Part shown: piece after piece, positions 52,170 through 63,759 of the stretch
Layout: each line of letters opens with the position of its first letter
Position numbering within the stretch: position 1 is the first letter of the stretch
Assembly: GCA_964016885.1 (NCBI GenBank)
Contig: OZ024754.1
Span: 39,184,001 to 39,248,000 of the forward strand
Length of the DNA: 64,000 bases
DNA from: Eledone cirrhosa
Taxonomy: Eukaryota
Reading direction: 5' to 3'
The notes under the pieces: model-generated
What the model saw: the letters and a program-made list of their open reading frames with translations, nothing else
Told to the model about the DNA's origin: nothing
Database searches by the model: none
Translations under genes and position numbers: made by a program

Positions 52170-53727
52170 TTAACGTCTATCCCCCATGCTAGCATGGATT
52201 AGACGGGATTGTCCCACTTGAGGCAAGATTGATCGGGTGGCCGTATCTCACTTGTATATCTTGCTGTATCTGGCAGATTTTCTACGGCTGGATGCCCTTC
52301 CTAACATCAACCACATTTACAGTCTGGACTGGGAGCCTTTATACCATGTTTCCTCCATGACCACTTCACAGTGTGGACTGGATGCTTTTTGTCGTGACAC
52401 CTACACAACCACTTTAGTGTAGACTGGATATTCTGTGGTACCAACAGAGAAAGGGTGGTGTTTTCCATTTTTCCTTTAGCTTCTGTTTTTATTCTTCTTT
52501 TGCCGCCTGCTAGCCCCTTCTTTGCCTTTTTTAACCTCTGTCTTTTCTGTTTTTGTGTTTCTTAATTATAAAAGGTACAAGGCCAGATACCCACCTAGCC
52601 TGTTGCTGTTTATTAACTATATGCAGGCATTAAATTGATTAAATAAATGAATAAATATTATATACAGCTGTCACATATTGTAAGATAGCACCAGGTTTGA
52701 CTTGATACTATAAACTTTGCTATAAACTTTAAACTATATCAGCTCTAACTTACATGTTATATAAGAGCTATAACAGGTTGTAAGATAACACCTAGTTGAC
52801 TTTATGCTATAAATGTTGCTACAAATTCTAAACTATATCAACTCTAACTTACATGTTATATAAGAACTATCACAGGTTGTAAGATAACACCTAGTTGACT
52901 TTATGCTATAAATTTTGCTACATACTCTAAACTATATTAACTTACATGTTATATGAGAACTATCATATATTGTAACATAATACCTGGTTGACTTTATACT
53001 CTAAACTATAACATTATCAGAAACATGAAATATAATGGTTAACTCTATACTACAGCTTGTGTAAGAAAACTCACACATGTTATATGAGGAATATCACACA
53101 CTCACACATGTTATATGAGGAATATCAAACACACACACACGCACGTTATATGAGGAATATCACACACACAGTTATATGAAGAATATCACACACACACATA
53201 GTTATATGAAGAATATCACACACACACACATGTTAAAGAAGGAATATCACACACACACATGTTATATAAGGGATATCAAATTGGCATAAAAACCTGTTTG
53301 ACTCTATATACACACACATAACAACATATCACATTTACACACATTATCAGATGTTCACATAACATCATCACATACACATTTACACATAACATCACACATA
53401 CACACACACATAACATTATCACACTCACAACATTATCACACTCACAACATTATCACACTCACAACATTATCACACTCACAACATTATCACACTCACAACA
53501 TTATCACACTCACAACATTATCACACTCACAACATTATCACACTCACATTATCACATACGCACACACGTTATCACATATGCACACACACACACACACACA
53601 CAAGATTATCACATACACACAGACACACACACACAAGATTATCACATACACACAGACACACACACACCAGAAATATGAGTGACATAAGACCCGCTATAAT
53701 TGAAGACCTTTCCCTGCTTTTCTTCAG

Positions 53728-53852
53728 GTTTACTCGATATCCACATGGAACTGGATCAAACTGTAGCAGACTTTTTGGGAGTGGAAGCAGCCATTACTTT
53801 TCCAATGGGTTTTGCTACGAATTCTATGAACATACCTTGTCTTGTTACTAAG
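53728..53852 (+). CDS. SPTLC2: SPTLC2-like coding exon (125 bp, phase 1/0)
   Basis: tcttcAG acceptor; encodes [41 protein letters not shown]; GTGGGT donor. Contains the MGFATNS motif. Confidence 0.95.
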
Positions 53853-54584
53853 GTGGGTAGTCATATAATTGTTTCTGCTTTTGGCACAAGGCCAGCAATT
53901 ACCCAGTGCATTACTGGTACTTTATTTTATCGGCCCCCCGTGAGGGTGAAAGGCACAGTTAACCTCGGCGGGATTTGAACTCAGACCGTAAAGGGCCGTA
54001 ACTCCATGCCGCAAAGCATGGCGTCCGACGCTCTACCGATACTGCCAATCCCAATTAACTATCATTATATTCTCCTCTCTCTACTCTTTCTCTCTCTCTG
54101 TCTTCTGTCTGTCTCTCTCTCTCCCTCTGACTTTGTCTGTCTGTTTATTTCTCTCTCTCCCTCTCTCTTTGTCTTTCTCTCTCTCTCTCTCACTCTCTCT
54201 TTGTCTCTCTCTCTCTCACAATAGTTGGCATTAAGGACATCTGGCCGTACAATCCATGCCCTATATGCAACTTATAATCAAGATGTCACTTTGACTCTTT
54301 GGGTTATGGACTGTCACATGACCAACCACAACACATCCAGTCTATAATAATTATATATATATATATATATGACCGGTTGATGTGTTATGTCCTTGAGCAA
54401 GACACTTTACTTCACGTTGCTCCTGCTACATGGAGTTGCGACCGATAGATAGTATAAGCAATTGGAAAGACCCATGGAAACATTGTTTCCTAGGCCCGAT
54501 TTGACGAAAGTTGATCAACTGACGATATATATATATACAGACAAACATATATATCCATATATATATATATATATATATATATAT

Positions 54585-54922
54585 GGAGGCACATGGCTTA
54601 GTGGTTAGAGCATTGGCCTTGCAATCGAAAGGTTGTGAGTTCAATTCTCAAACCGGGTGATGTGTTGTTTCCTTGAGCAAGACACTTTATTTCACATTGC
54701 TCCAGTTTACTCAGCTGTAGAAATGAGATGATAGGGACTGGGGTCCTATCATTCCACTGCAAAGTGGTCATGGAGGTGCCACGGCATAAAAGCACCCAGC
54801 ACTCACTGTAAATGAGGTTGGTGTTAGGAAGGGCATCCAGCTGTAGAAATCGAGCCAGAATCAGTTCCCATCCCACCCTTGCAAGCAGGGAAAAGTGGAA
54901 GTAAAATGATGATGATGATGAT
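54585..54922 (+). mobile_element. SINE family A copy
   Basis: Near-identical to the 28509 copy. Confidence 0.9.
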
Positions 54923-54997
54923 ATATATATATATATATATGTTGATTTAACACTTTACTGCTCGCAAGTGTTTTTTAAGCTTCATATCATGTCTCCC

Positions 54998-55068
54998 TAT
55001 TTTATCTGATGAGAACGCAAATATCATCCCATGATGATATTTGTTTTTGAAATGCGCATAATAAAATA
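54998..55068 (+). ncRNA. Type I hammerhead ribozyme motif (near-intact)
   Basis: Stem I TATTTTAT/ATAAAATA; CTGATGA at 55006-12; 16-position stem II with one mismatch and a CCAT loop; GAAA at 55049-52; palindromic stem III ATGCGCAT; AUA cleavage triplet. Confidence 0.85.
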
Positions 55069-55096
55069 CATAGAACTCTTTTAACCATCTTTTGAT

Positions 55097-55134
<38 letters not shown>

Positions 55135-55136
<2 letters not shown>

Positions 55137-55503
55137 CATGCTCCGTTGGATGTGCAGTGTAAATGTGCGTGAACGACCCAGCATAAATGTGTTGAGAGAG
55201 AAACTGTGTCTGAGAGGGATAGAATGTAGTGTACGGGAGAGGAGACTGAGGTGGTATGGACATGTGATGCGCATGGAGGATGACCGATGGGTGAAGAAGT
55301 GCCAGGAAATGCCAGTTGAAGGAAGACGTGGTAGAGGTAGACCACGAAAAACATGGGCGGAGGTGGTGAGAACAGACCTCGGATCATTGAAGCTCACGGT
55401 GGAGATGACGAGGGACCGTGACGAGTGGAGAGATGCTGTGCTGAATAAGACCCGTCCCACTCTTGCAAGCAGGGAAAAGCGGACGTAAAATGATGATGAT
55501 GAT
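55135..55503 (+). mobile_element. RTE LINE 3' fragment
   Basis: Encodes MLRWMC...RRLRWYGHVMRM...GRPRKTW...RPTLASREKRT* followed by (GAT)n. A shorter copy lies at ~19900-20067 and a minus-strand copy at ~38880-39530. Confidence 0.9.
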
Positions 55504-55875
55504 ATATATATATATGAGCAAGACACTTTATTTCACGTTGCTCCAGTTTACACCAACCACGTTTACAGTGTGGAACTGGGAGGTTTTTACCGTGTTACCT
55601 ACACGGCCACATTACAGCATGGACTGTGTGTTTTTTTGTCGTGACACCTACACGACCTCATTTGTTTCGGACTGGATGTTGTGACACCAACATAACTTTA
55701 CATTGAAAGGGGTGGTGTGGATGGGGTGGGGGTAGTGGGACAGGGGTGTATTTTGTTAGAGGTGCCTACTGACTGTAGTAGGTTTCACTTTGTACTTATA
55801 TATATATATATATATACACACACACATACACATATATACACAGATATATTTAGCATTCTATTTGTCAATCTATAT

Positions 55876-55987
55876 ATAATTCAATTTAGGTGAAAAACCA
55901 AAGATTTTATACTTCAAATCACTTTATTCATTTCTATAAAGTCATTTGAAGTACAAGATTTTGGGTTTTACACCTAAATTGAATTAT
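55876..55987. repeat. Inverted repeat (52-bp arms, 8-nt loop)
   Basis: ATAATTCAATTTAGGTG...ACTTTAT / ATAAAGT...CACCTAAATTGAATTAT with about six mismatches. Confidence 0.85.
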
Positions 55988-56192
55988 TATGCTCTGTATT
56001 TTTGCATAAGCGATTAACACAAGCTTTTATGCAATTAGTAATTAATGAGTGTTATAGCCACTCCTATTAATATATATATGTGTGTGTGTGTGCAATAAAT
56101 GATGTTCTCACTCTTCTGGAATGTGGTGTTTTAAATAATTTTGTAAATTTTTCTCTCTCCCCCTCCTCTCTCTCTCTCTATCTATATATGTA

Positions 56193-56252
<60 letters not shown>

Positions 56253-56782
56253 TGCAAAAAGTGATATAGTAGGAAAAGAACCTTTGTTTCGGACACTAGT
56301 CCTTCATCAGAAGATAGAATATAGAAATGAAAGATGGAATAGAAAGAAAGAGTGAGCAGAGGAAGAGAGAAACAGAAAATAAATTTTTGAGAAAAAGCAC
56401 GTGTGTATTGAGTCAGACAACACACTTACACATGTGGCTTCTCTCCAGGCATCATCTGTCCCACTCAGAACACTTATCATTTCAATCTTAGAGCTTTAAT
56501 ATAAAATTTGATATATCTGTTAAAATATTTCAGCCTGAATGTCTCAGAAAGAATTCTCCAGATAATGAGAACAGCTCACAACATATGAATAAGATATAAC
56601 ATCAGCATTTCCATCTAATCTGATGTTTTATTAACCATGGCATAGTTCAGGATTTTGCTTTACTTAATTGTATAAAACTATGCACATATATATGTTTGTG
56701 TGTGTGTATATACATATATATATATTTTTGTGTGTGTGTGTATATACATTCATTATATATATATATATACATACATACATAC

Positions 56783-57186
56783 ATACACACATGGTGGCTG
56801 CCAACTCGTTTTCGAGTACGGCCACTACTTTATATCCATGTAGGAGAACCCCTACCGATGCGCTGAACGAGTGACTTTTTAGTCCAGCCAGTGACTTGAA
56901 AACTCTGGTACAAACACTACACTTGTGACAATTATTGACACATAGTGCTGGGCCCATGGTACCATGTGACAAGTGCAGAGAGATCTCCAGATATAAAGCA
57001 ATGCCTGTGCTGTGAAGCTAATATAGTGAGCAAAAGCACTGCACAAAGCCAGTCCCACTCTCTTAACCAAGATGATATTTACCAAAAAGAACAAGTCAAC
57101 ATCATTGGATACCATCAGGGTTGCAGGTGTTATATCAGAGTTTTCCTTCTCCTAGAATTCTGCCTTGACAAAGGCTAAGGGGTCAT
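56783..57186 (-). mobile_element. ~400-bp bipartite RTE-derived non-autonomous element, copy 2
   Basis: Encodes a CSVCTRVFKSLAGLKSH zinc-finger-like ORF end; embedded in (TACA)n. Confidence 0.65.
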
Positions 57187-57230
57187 GTCACACATACATA
57201 CATACATACATACATACATATGTTTGTGTG

Positions 57231-57273
<43 letters not shown>

Positions 57274-57769
57274 GGAAAAAATGAAACGAAATTTCATTTC
57301 CCACTCTTAGTACGGCTGTTACTTAAATATAAGTATGTACACGTACATACATATATGTATACAGACGTACAGTAGTATGTATATATATATACATACATGC
57401 ACACATATATATATGTACGTATGGATTCACCAAACATTTATTATAATGCTCCGTGTGTTTGTAAACAAACATCCCATATTAAGCCGTAGTGTCCAGCAAC
57501 CATCGTTGCTCGTTTGTTCAACACTGATATATATATATATATATATATACAGAAAATAAATTTTTGAGAAAAAGCACGTGTGTATTGAGTCTGGCAACAC
57601 ACTTACACATGTGGCTTCTCTCAAGTATGGTATGGTGCATGCTTCTGATATTCTCAGACATGGCATCATCAATCTAATTTTGGTAGTGTATATATATAGA
57701 GAGAGAGAGAAAATTCAAAAAGGTCTTCAGGGTTTGTGTTTGTTGTTGGCAAGATTGTTAATAATTTTG

Positions 57770-57814
<45 letters not shown>

Positions 57815-58188
57815 TACAGATAACTAAACACACATTTACACATACTGAGGCGTCGTATGATAACTAAGATGAGGTAATTGTGATAAAAGAAACAGAAAAG
57901 TAATACAGCAGTTATCTCCCTTATCTACATCCAGTAATATGGTCGGAGTCAGTATTTTACTACCTAGCTGACCCTGTGAAAATTTCTCAGTTTAAATAGA
58001 TACAAGCTCCAAGTATTAAAGACCAATATGGCATTTGAAGTGTTTTATTTATAGATAATATATATCGTACTTCATTACATTACAATCTAAAAAATTTACC
58101 AAATAACAAACTTCTTAAAATGGAATATTTTATTCATACATTGAAGATAAAAAATAGGTTTTAAAAAATGTTGACACCACCACCGTTG

Positions 58189-58240
<52 letters not shown>

Positions 58241-58509
58241 TACCATCCCCTTTCCACACATACCTGTCCAAGATCACCCCTGTTTCTGTGAAGCCTACTC
58301 ATTCTAAAAGGTTCCATCTTAAATTGAAACCTTCCAACATAATTTTATATAAGAACATTTTTTTTTTTAATGCTACAAATACCATCTTAATGAAATTATA
58401 ATTTTTAAAAATCCTATTTTCAAATTAACTAAAATACAAAGTATTTCATTAGAAATACTTTAACAGAAGGGTTAATATTCTTTCCTTGGCTATTATTAGA
58501 TCCAGTAAG

Positions 58510-58700
58510 GGCGGTGGATTTGCAGTATCGGTAGAGGGTTTGACGCCATGCTTTCCAGCATAGTTACGTCCCTTTACGATCTGAGTTCAAATCCCGCCGA
58601 GGTTGACTTTGCCTTTCATCCTTACGGGGTCGATAAAATAAAGTACCAGTAATGCACTGGGTAATTGCTGGCCTTGTGCCTAAAGTAGAAACAATTATTA
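58510..58700 (+). mobile_element. tRNA-derived SINE family B (~190 bp, (ATT)n tail)
   Basis: GGCGGTGGATTGGCAGTATCGG-type head, GAGTTCAAATCC B box, CTTTGCCTTTCATCCTTACGGGGTCGATAAAATAAAGTACCAG core. Other copies at ~6770-7215 (-), 9665-9834, 32828-33018 (-), 35198-35360, 39574-39830, 53864-54050 (-) and 60372-60680. Confidence 0.9.
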
Positions 58701-58815
58701 GATCCAGTTGGCAGCATCGGTAGAGCATCAAACAGAATGCTTTGTGGTATTTAGCTATGGCTTTCTACGCTCTGAGTTCAAATCCTGCTGAGGTCAACTT
58801 TGCCTTTCATCCTTC

Positions 58816-59159
58816 TTATTCCTGGTAGTGTCGTGGGGACAGAGTCCTCAAAAACTCCTTCCAGCAGGTCCTGTCAGAAGCAACCATCTTCAACTGATCC
58901 GGTTGGGGCCCCAAGTGTGACCAGCCAAGCTCATGGATGTTATCCAACCATCTTGCTCGGGGTCTACCCCTGGGTCTCCTACCTTTTGCTTTCATCCATA
59001 AAATCTGTCCAGCAATTCTTTCCGTAGACATTCTAGCCACATACCCCTAGTATCAGAGCTGTGATCTCTCAATTCAGAGAAGTAGCAGCTCCACCTGGAG
59101 TGACTCACTGATCTCCAAGCTACGCATTTTATTGAGCAACGTTACTCCAAAGACCCATC
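58816..59159 (-). mobile_element. RTE-like LINE 3' fragment nested in a SINE
   Basis: Encodes GRRPRGRPRARWLDNI. It splits a family-B-like SINE between tttcatcc and aagggttgataaaat. Confidence 0.7.
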
Positions 59160-59284
59160 CAAGGGTTGATAAAATTAAATACCAGTTAAGTACTGGGGTC
59201 GACTCCAGGCCTTGTCTCAATGTTAGAAAGAATTATTAGATCCAGTTTGTTTTGTAATTTTAAATGTGGTTTCATTTCTTTCAG

Positions 59285-59378
59285 GGTTGTTTGATAATCA
59301 GTGATGAACTCAACCACGCTTCCTTGGTTCTTGGTTCACGGCTGACTGGAGCTACCATCCGTGTCTTTAAACATAACA
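59285..59378 (+). CDS. SPTLC2: SPTLC2-like coding exon (94 bp, phase 0/1)
   Basis: tttcAG acceptor; encodes [31 protein letters not shown]; GTAAGT donor. Contains the SDELNHAS and FKHN motifs. Missed by the ORF track. Confidence 0.95.
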
Positions 59379-60854
59379 GTAAGTAAACAGGGGTAAAACT
59401 TGCAATGTAGCAGCTATGTTGTCATCTTTTATTTCCAGATATGTGTGTTTGGGAGTGTGTGGCTGCATGTATGTTTGTGTGTGTGTGTATGTATGTGTGT
59501 GCATGCTTGTGTGTATGTGAGCATGTGTGTGTGTGTGTGTGTATGTATGTGTGTGCATGCTTGTGTGTATGTGAGCATGTGTGTGTGTGTGTGTGTGTAT
59601 GTGTGTGTCTGTGTGCATGTGTGTGCGTGTATGTGTGTATATGTATACATGTGTTTGTGTATCTGTGCTCTTGAATGTAGTCTGATGTTTGTAAGCTTAC
59701 ACTGTATATATTAGTTTACCACTTGATATAGGAGGAAAATAGTTTTTACATTTCGGACGTTAGTCCTTCATCAGAAGATAGAAAAAGAAATAAAAGATGA
59801 AATAGAGAAAAGAAAGGAGCTGATCATTAGATGAGACCAAGGAAACAATGTTTCTATTGCTGATATTATCTCCTAGTCAGTGTAAAATAACGAATGTGTA
59901 TTTTGTATATCTACGAATAAACATTTGAAAGCCTTTAGCTATGAATTTTGGAAGCTGGTGGTGGGGCGCCACCTAGTGAGTTCCAGCAGAAGCAAGGGGG
60001 AAATTACTGACAGCCGTTTCTGACTTGTGGTCGTTATCTAGGCAATGCTCCCCTTTATCTCACTTTCTGTTGGAACTCAATACAGGTGCAAACTTATAGT
60101 TTTGATGCCATCACTCAAGAGGACAACACAACCAATTTTTCCAGGAATTGAAATCACAACCTTATGATTGAGAGTCCAACACCCTAACCACACACACACA
60201 TACACCGACACACTCACACATACACACACACTCACACTCACACACACAGTCTGTTGCCAAGGAAAGCTAATATTGATTCAATTTTCAATCTTCATGAAAA
60301 TTAAGTCTAATTAATTTCTATTTAAAGTAATGCAATTAGTTTCATGAACGCAATTAAGATTACATTAATTAGCTGAGGTTTACTTTGCCTTTCATCCTTA
60401 CGGGGTCGATAAAATAAAGTACCAGTAACGCACTGGGTAATTGCTGGCCTTGTGCCTAAAGTAGAAACAATTAATTAGCATTATCATCAAGGGCGGTGGA
60501 TTGGCAGTATCGGTAGAGGGTCGGACGCTATGCTTTAACGCATAGTTACGGCCCTTTCCATTCTGAGTTCAAATCCCGCCAAGGTTAACTTTGCCTTTCA
60601 TCCTTATGGGATCGATAAAATAAAGTACCAGTAATGTACTGGGTAATTGCTGGCCTTGTGCCAAAAGTAGAAACAATTATCAACAGTTCTAAATGGAATT
60701 ATCATTAATTAGCATTGTCAAAAGTTTTAAATGGAATTCTTATTAATTAACATTATCAATAGTTTTAAATGGAATTCTCATTAATTACCATTATCATGAG
60801 GTAAATTGGTAGTCATTGGAATATTGGATATTCCTTCATGGTATCTATTCTGCC

Positions 60855-61165
60855 TCTCTCTGTAATAGAGTACTCCACAGTATTTATTCGAGCTTCACAG
60901 TATCTATACTGGCTCTCTCTCTCTCTAATAGAGTACAACGCAGTATCTATACTGGCTCTCTCTCTCTCTAATAGAGTACAACACAGTATCTATACTGGCT
61001 CTCTCTCTAATAGAGTACAACACAGTATCTATACTGGCTCTCTCTCTCTGTAATAGAGTACAACACAGTATCTGTACTGGCTCTCTCTCTGTAATAGAAT
61101 ACAGCACAGTATCTATACTGGCTCTCTCTCTCTCTCTCTAATAGAGTACAACACGGTATCCATTC
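60855..61165. repeat. ~36-46-bp tandem repeat with variable (CT)n
   Basis: Unit TAATAGAGTACAACACAGTATCTATACTGG(CT)n. Confidence 0.85.
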
Positions 61166-61678
61166 TGGTTCTCTCTGTACTTTGAGTTCAGATCTCACTT
61201 AGGTTAACTTTGTCTTTCTTCCTTTCAAGGTCAATAAAATACCAGTTCAATACTAGGGTCAATTCTTCCTCTCTGTCTTACTCTCTTTCTCAACAAGTCA
61301 TCAACTATGTTCAGACCTGGACTCCACCTTGTTTAAATACTAAAGTATGTTACTACAGCACCCTTATGACTTGATTAGATGTTAAGGTAGTAAGCTGATA
61401 GTGCTGGGAGTCACGATAAAATGCACCCAGTACACCCTGTAAAGTGGTTGTCATTTTATGATAGAAAGGCACCCAACTGTAGAAACAGAGTCAGAAGTGT
61501 AGCGTACATGTAACATGTGGTCACCCAACCAGTTCAGTCTCAGTGTATAGCAACCTGTCTAACCCGTACCCACATGGGAAAGAGATATTAAACAGTGATG
61601 ATGATGATGATAACGAAACAAAGTTTAACTTTGTTTGTTTCTCAGTGAAATGTCTAATATACTGTGTTTATTTTACAG

Positions 61679-61784
61679 ATATGGTATCGTTAGAAAAAAT
61701 CTTGAAGCAAGCTGTGGTCGAGGGGCAGCCTAGAACACATCAGCCATGGAAAAAAATCCTCGTTGTCTGTGAGGGTATTTACAG
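61679..61784 (+). CDS. SPTLC2: SPTLC2-like coding exon (106 bp, phase 1/2)
   Basis: ttttacAG acceptor; encodes [34 protein letters not shown](S); GTAAAC donor at 61785. Confidence 0.95.
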
Positions 61785-62008
61785 GTAAACAAATCAATAA
61801 ATATTGTCTGTGAGAGTATTTACAGGTAAATAAATCAATAAATATTGTCTGTGAGGGTATTTACAGGTAAACAAATCAATAAATATTGTCTGTGAGAGTA
61901 TTTACAGGTAAATAAAACAATAAATATTGTCTGTGAGGGTATTTGCAGGTAAATAAATCAATAAATATTGTCTGTGAGGGTATTTACAGGTAAATAAAAC
62001 AATAAATA
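61763..62008 (+). repeat. 41-bp tandem repeat (6 copies) spanning an exon end and splice donor
   Basis: Unit TTGTCTGTGAGGGTATTTACAG|GTAAACAAATCAATAAATA. Confidence 0.95.
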
Positions 62009-62381
62009 TACTGAAATAGTGTCTGAAGGTATAAACGCACACATACACACACACACACACAGAAACAATATACACTTCAACATACACACACATGCTCATA
62101 TACACATTAACATACTAACACATACACAATATACTCACACACACACTACATGCTCACACAATACATACACAATACACTCACTCATACTCACACACACACA
62201 TATTCACTCATACAATACATACACATGCACAATACTCACACACACACACACACATATACACAGAATGAAAGTTGTTTTAGAAGATATCTCATCCATGTAA
62301 AAATGCAGAAATGAATATTTTTTAACAAAAATTTCTAAAGTAAAAAATAAAAATTTATTTCTCCCTTTTTATCTGTTTTAG

Positions 62382-62601
62382 TATGGAAGGCTCCATCTGT
62401 CGACTTCCCGAAATTGTCCACTTAAAGAAAAAGTACAAGGCTTATTTGTATCTTGATGAAGCTCACAGTATTGGTGCCATTGGAGACAGTGGTAGAGGGG
62501 TCTGTGAATATTTTGGAGTTGATCCAAATGACGTTGATATTATGATGGGAACATTTACTAAAAGCTTTGCTTCAGCTGGTGGATATATTGGTGGATCAAA
62601 G
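62382..62601 (+). CDS. SPTLC2: SPTLC2-like coding exon with the PLP-binding lysine (220 bp, phase 2/0)
   Basis: ttttAG acceptor; encodes [12 protein letters not shown]...[10 protein letters not shown]...[22 protein letters not shown]; Lys codon at 62560-62562; GTAATA donor at 62602. The catalytic Lys distinguishes SPTLC2/3 from SPTLC1. Confidence 0.97.
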
Positions 62602-63759
62602 GTAATAAAGCAATCTTAGGTTTTTATATTTCCAAATGGGATATATTGGTGGATCAAAGGTAATAAAGCAATCTTAGGTTTTTATATTTCCAAATGGGAT
62701 ATATTGGTGGATCAAAGGTAATGAGACAATCTTAGGTTTTATATTTCCAAATGGGATATATTGGTGGATCAAAGGTAATAAAGCAATCTTAGGTTTTTAT
62801 ATTTCCAAATGGGATATATTGGTGGATCAAAGGTAATAAAGCAATCTTAGGTTTTTATATTTCCAAATGGGATATATTGGTGGATCAAAGGTAATAAAGC
62901 AATCTTAGGTTTTTATATTTCCAAATGGGATATATTGGTGGATCAAAGGTAATGAGACAATCTTAGGTTTTATATTTCCAAATGGGATATATTGGTGGAT
63001 CAAAGGTAATAAAGCAATCTTAGGTTTTTATATTTCCAAATGGGATATATTGGTGGATCAAAGGTAATAAAGCAATCTTAGGTTTTTATATTTCCAAATG
63101 GGATATATTGGTGGATCAAAGGTAATAAAGCAATCTTAGGTTTTTATATTTCCAAATGGGATATATTGGTGGATCAAAGGTAATGAGACAATCTTAGGTT
63201 TTATATTTCCAAATGGGATATATTGGTGGATCAAAGGTAATAAAGCAATCTTAGGTTTTTATATTTCCAAATGGGATATATTGGTGGATCAAAGGTAATA
63301 AAGCAATCTTAGGTTTTTATATTTCCAAATGGGATATATTGGTGGATCAAAGGTAATAAAGCAATCTTAGGTTTTTATATTTCCAAATGGGATATATTGG
63401 TGGATCAAAGGTAATGAGACAATCTTAGGTTTTATATTTCCAAATGGGATATATTGGTGGATCAAAGGTAATAAAGCAATCTTAGGTTTTTATATTTCCA
63501 AATGGGATATATTGGTGGATCAAAGGTAATAAAGCAATCTTAGGTTTTTATATTTCCAAATGGGATATATTGGTGGATCAAAGGTAATAAAGCAATCTTA
63601 GGTTTTTATATTTCCAAATGAGATATATTGGTGGATCAAAGGTAATGAGACAATCTTAGGTTTTATATTTCCAAATGGGATATATCTCTGGATCAAAGGT
63701 AATGAGACAGTCTTAGGTTTTATATTTCCAAATGGGATATATCTGTGGATCAAAGGTAA
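62581..63759 (+). repeat. 57/58-bp tandem repeat (20 full copies plus a partial) spanning an exon end and splice donor
   Basis: Unit GGATATATTGGTGGATCAAAG|GTAATAAAGCAATCTTAGGTTTTTATATTTCCAAATG. Confidence 0.95.
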
